From positions 9,354 to 73,353 of the forward strand of contig CAYPBW010000001.1 in NCBI GenBank assembly GCA_964409055.1: a DNA stretch of 64,000 nucleotides. Reading direction: 5' to 3'. The notes under the pieces are model-generated. The model searched no databases and had not been told where the DNA came from. It saw only the letters and a program-made list of their open reading frames with translations. The DNA comes from an uncultured Chitinophaga sp. (lineage in GTDB: Bacteria > Bacteroidota > Bacteroidia > Chitinophagales > Chitinophagaceae). Both the position numbers and the translations under genes were made by a program. Numbering within the stretch: the first letter of the stretch is position 1; each line of letters opens with the position of its first letter. Shown piece by piece: positions 63,439 through 64,000 of the stretch.

Positions 63439-64000
63439 TTACAATACTTGTTCCGGTGCTTCCTTCTAATAGTTGTTGAAGATTTTCTGCTTTGCCAATA
63501 ATTATCTTTCTTACTCCGCTTTGAAGCGCTGAAAAAGCATTATCAAGCTTTGGAATCATGCCGGCAAAGATTTTATTTTTTTCTTTTAATTGCTGGTAGT
63601 AAGACGAGCTGATTTTCCGGATTACGGTAGAATCGTCATTTACGTCCATCAATACACCACTTTTTTCAAAGGAGTATATTAAATCAACATCAAAAATGCT
63701 GCTCATTCCCTTGGCAACTTCCTGGGCAATAGTGTCAGCATTGGTGTTTAATAACTGCCCTTGCTTATCATGAGTGATGGGAGCAAATATTATTGCGATG
63801 TTTTTGTTCAGCAAAGTGCCGATGAAATTTGTGTTAATAGCATCCACATCGCCTACAAAACCATAATCAAGAGCAGGGTGTTGTCTTTTGTGAGCTGATA
63901 TCACATCGCCATCAGCACCACAAAGTCCTATGGCATTACAATTTTTGGACTGAAGTGCCGCAACAATATTTTTATTAATCAAACCCGCATAGACCATCGT
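63431..64000 (-). CDS. argB: Acetylglutamate kinase, C-terminal part (gene continues beyond window end)
   Basis: The frame is open to base 64000. ...LLNTNADTIAQEVA... and the C-terminal GTSIV are typical of ArgB. The M at 63997 is internal. Confidence 0.9.
   Translation of the reverse strand, partial: TMVYAGLINKNIVAALQSKNCNAIGLCGADGDVISAHKRQHPALDYGFVGDVDAINTNFIGTLLNKNIAIIFAPITHDKQGQLLNTNADTIAQEVAKGMSSIFDVDLIYSFEKSGVLMDVNDDSTVIRKISSSYYQQLKEKNKIFAGMIPKLDNAFSALQSGVRKIIIGKAENLQQLLEGSTGTSIVNE

Noticed and set aside
1-64000. Searched for CRISPR arrays, rRNA, IS elements or transposases, prophage or defence-system genes, and tandem repeats.
   Set aside because: No regularly spaced direct repeats, no transposase/integrase/nuclease-helicase-type ORFs and no rRNA-like sequence were seen. 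The only RNA gene recognised is tRNA-Ser.

Overview
The window looks like a chromosomal segment of a Bacteroidota genome, probably Chitinophagaceae or Sphingobacteriia-like. This is inferred from the gliding/T9SS genes gldF, gldG, gldJ, porU and porV, a T9SS C-terminal-domain cargo protein, Bacteroidetes-type -7 TAnnTTTG promoter elements, the absence of Shine-Dalgarno sequences, and about 40% GC judged by eye. Most of the window is densely packed housekeeping: rnc (partial), mce, a YdiJ-like FAD/Fe-S oxidase, iscSUA, gldFG, terC, a murF-alr fusion, lspA, fumC, GH29 fucosidase, gltX, tatD, tRNA-Ser(GGA), murF, gldJ-porU-porV, ispF, dut, an EnvC-like protein, bshA and argH-argE-argB (partial).

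The exceptional part is a roughly 20-kb block (about 26930-47016) of about 27 sulfur-related genes:
- type II SQR
- two CstB-like persulfide dioxygenase-rhodanese fusions
- TauE
- a split YeeE/YedE pair
- a Tat-exported SoxB-like hydrolase with a TsdA-like diheme cytochrome
- three tandem rhodaneses
- an exported DsrE-like protein and a porin
- a 1-Cys peroxiredoxin, two thioredoxins and TlpA
- a TPMT/TehB-like methyltransferase
- a Kelch-MFS-DUF3365 operon
- two tiny Cys-motif membrane proteins

Read directly from the sequence, 11 quasi-palindromic TGTGA-N6-TCACA boxes lie in this block, and 10 of them sit a fixed 21-22 bp from a -7-like nAnnTTTG element. A Crp/Fnr-family regulator is encoded at the edge of the block. 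It has a CRP-type RE..SR recognition helix and exactly two cysteines, C74 and C80.

I propose this as a previously uncharacterised CRP-family-controlled sulfide/persulfide/thiosulfate regulon with an unusual periplasmic branch that lacks SoxXAYZ. All calls come from reading the supplied ORF translations and the DNA by eye. No database search, HMM or folding calculation was run. Start codons were re-picked by hand where the ORF track began at an upstream TTG/GTG or an implausible extension.
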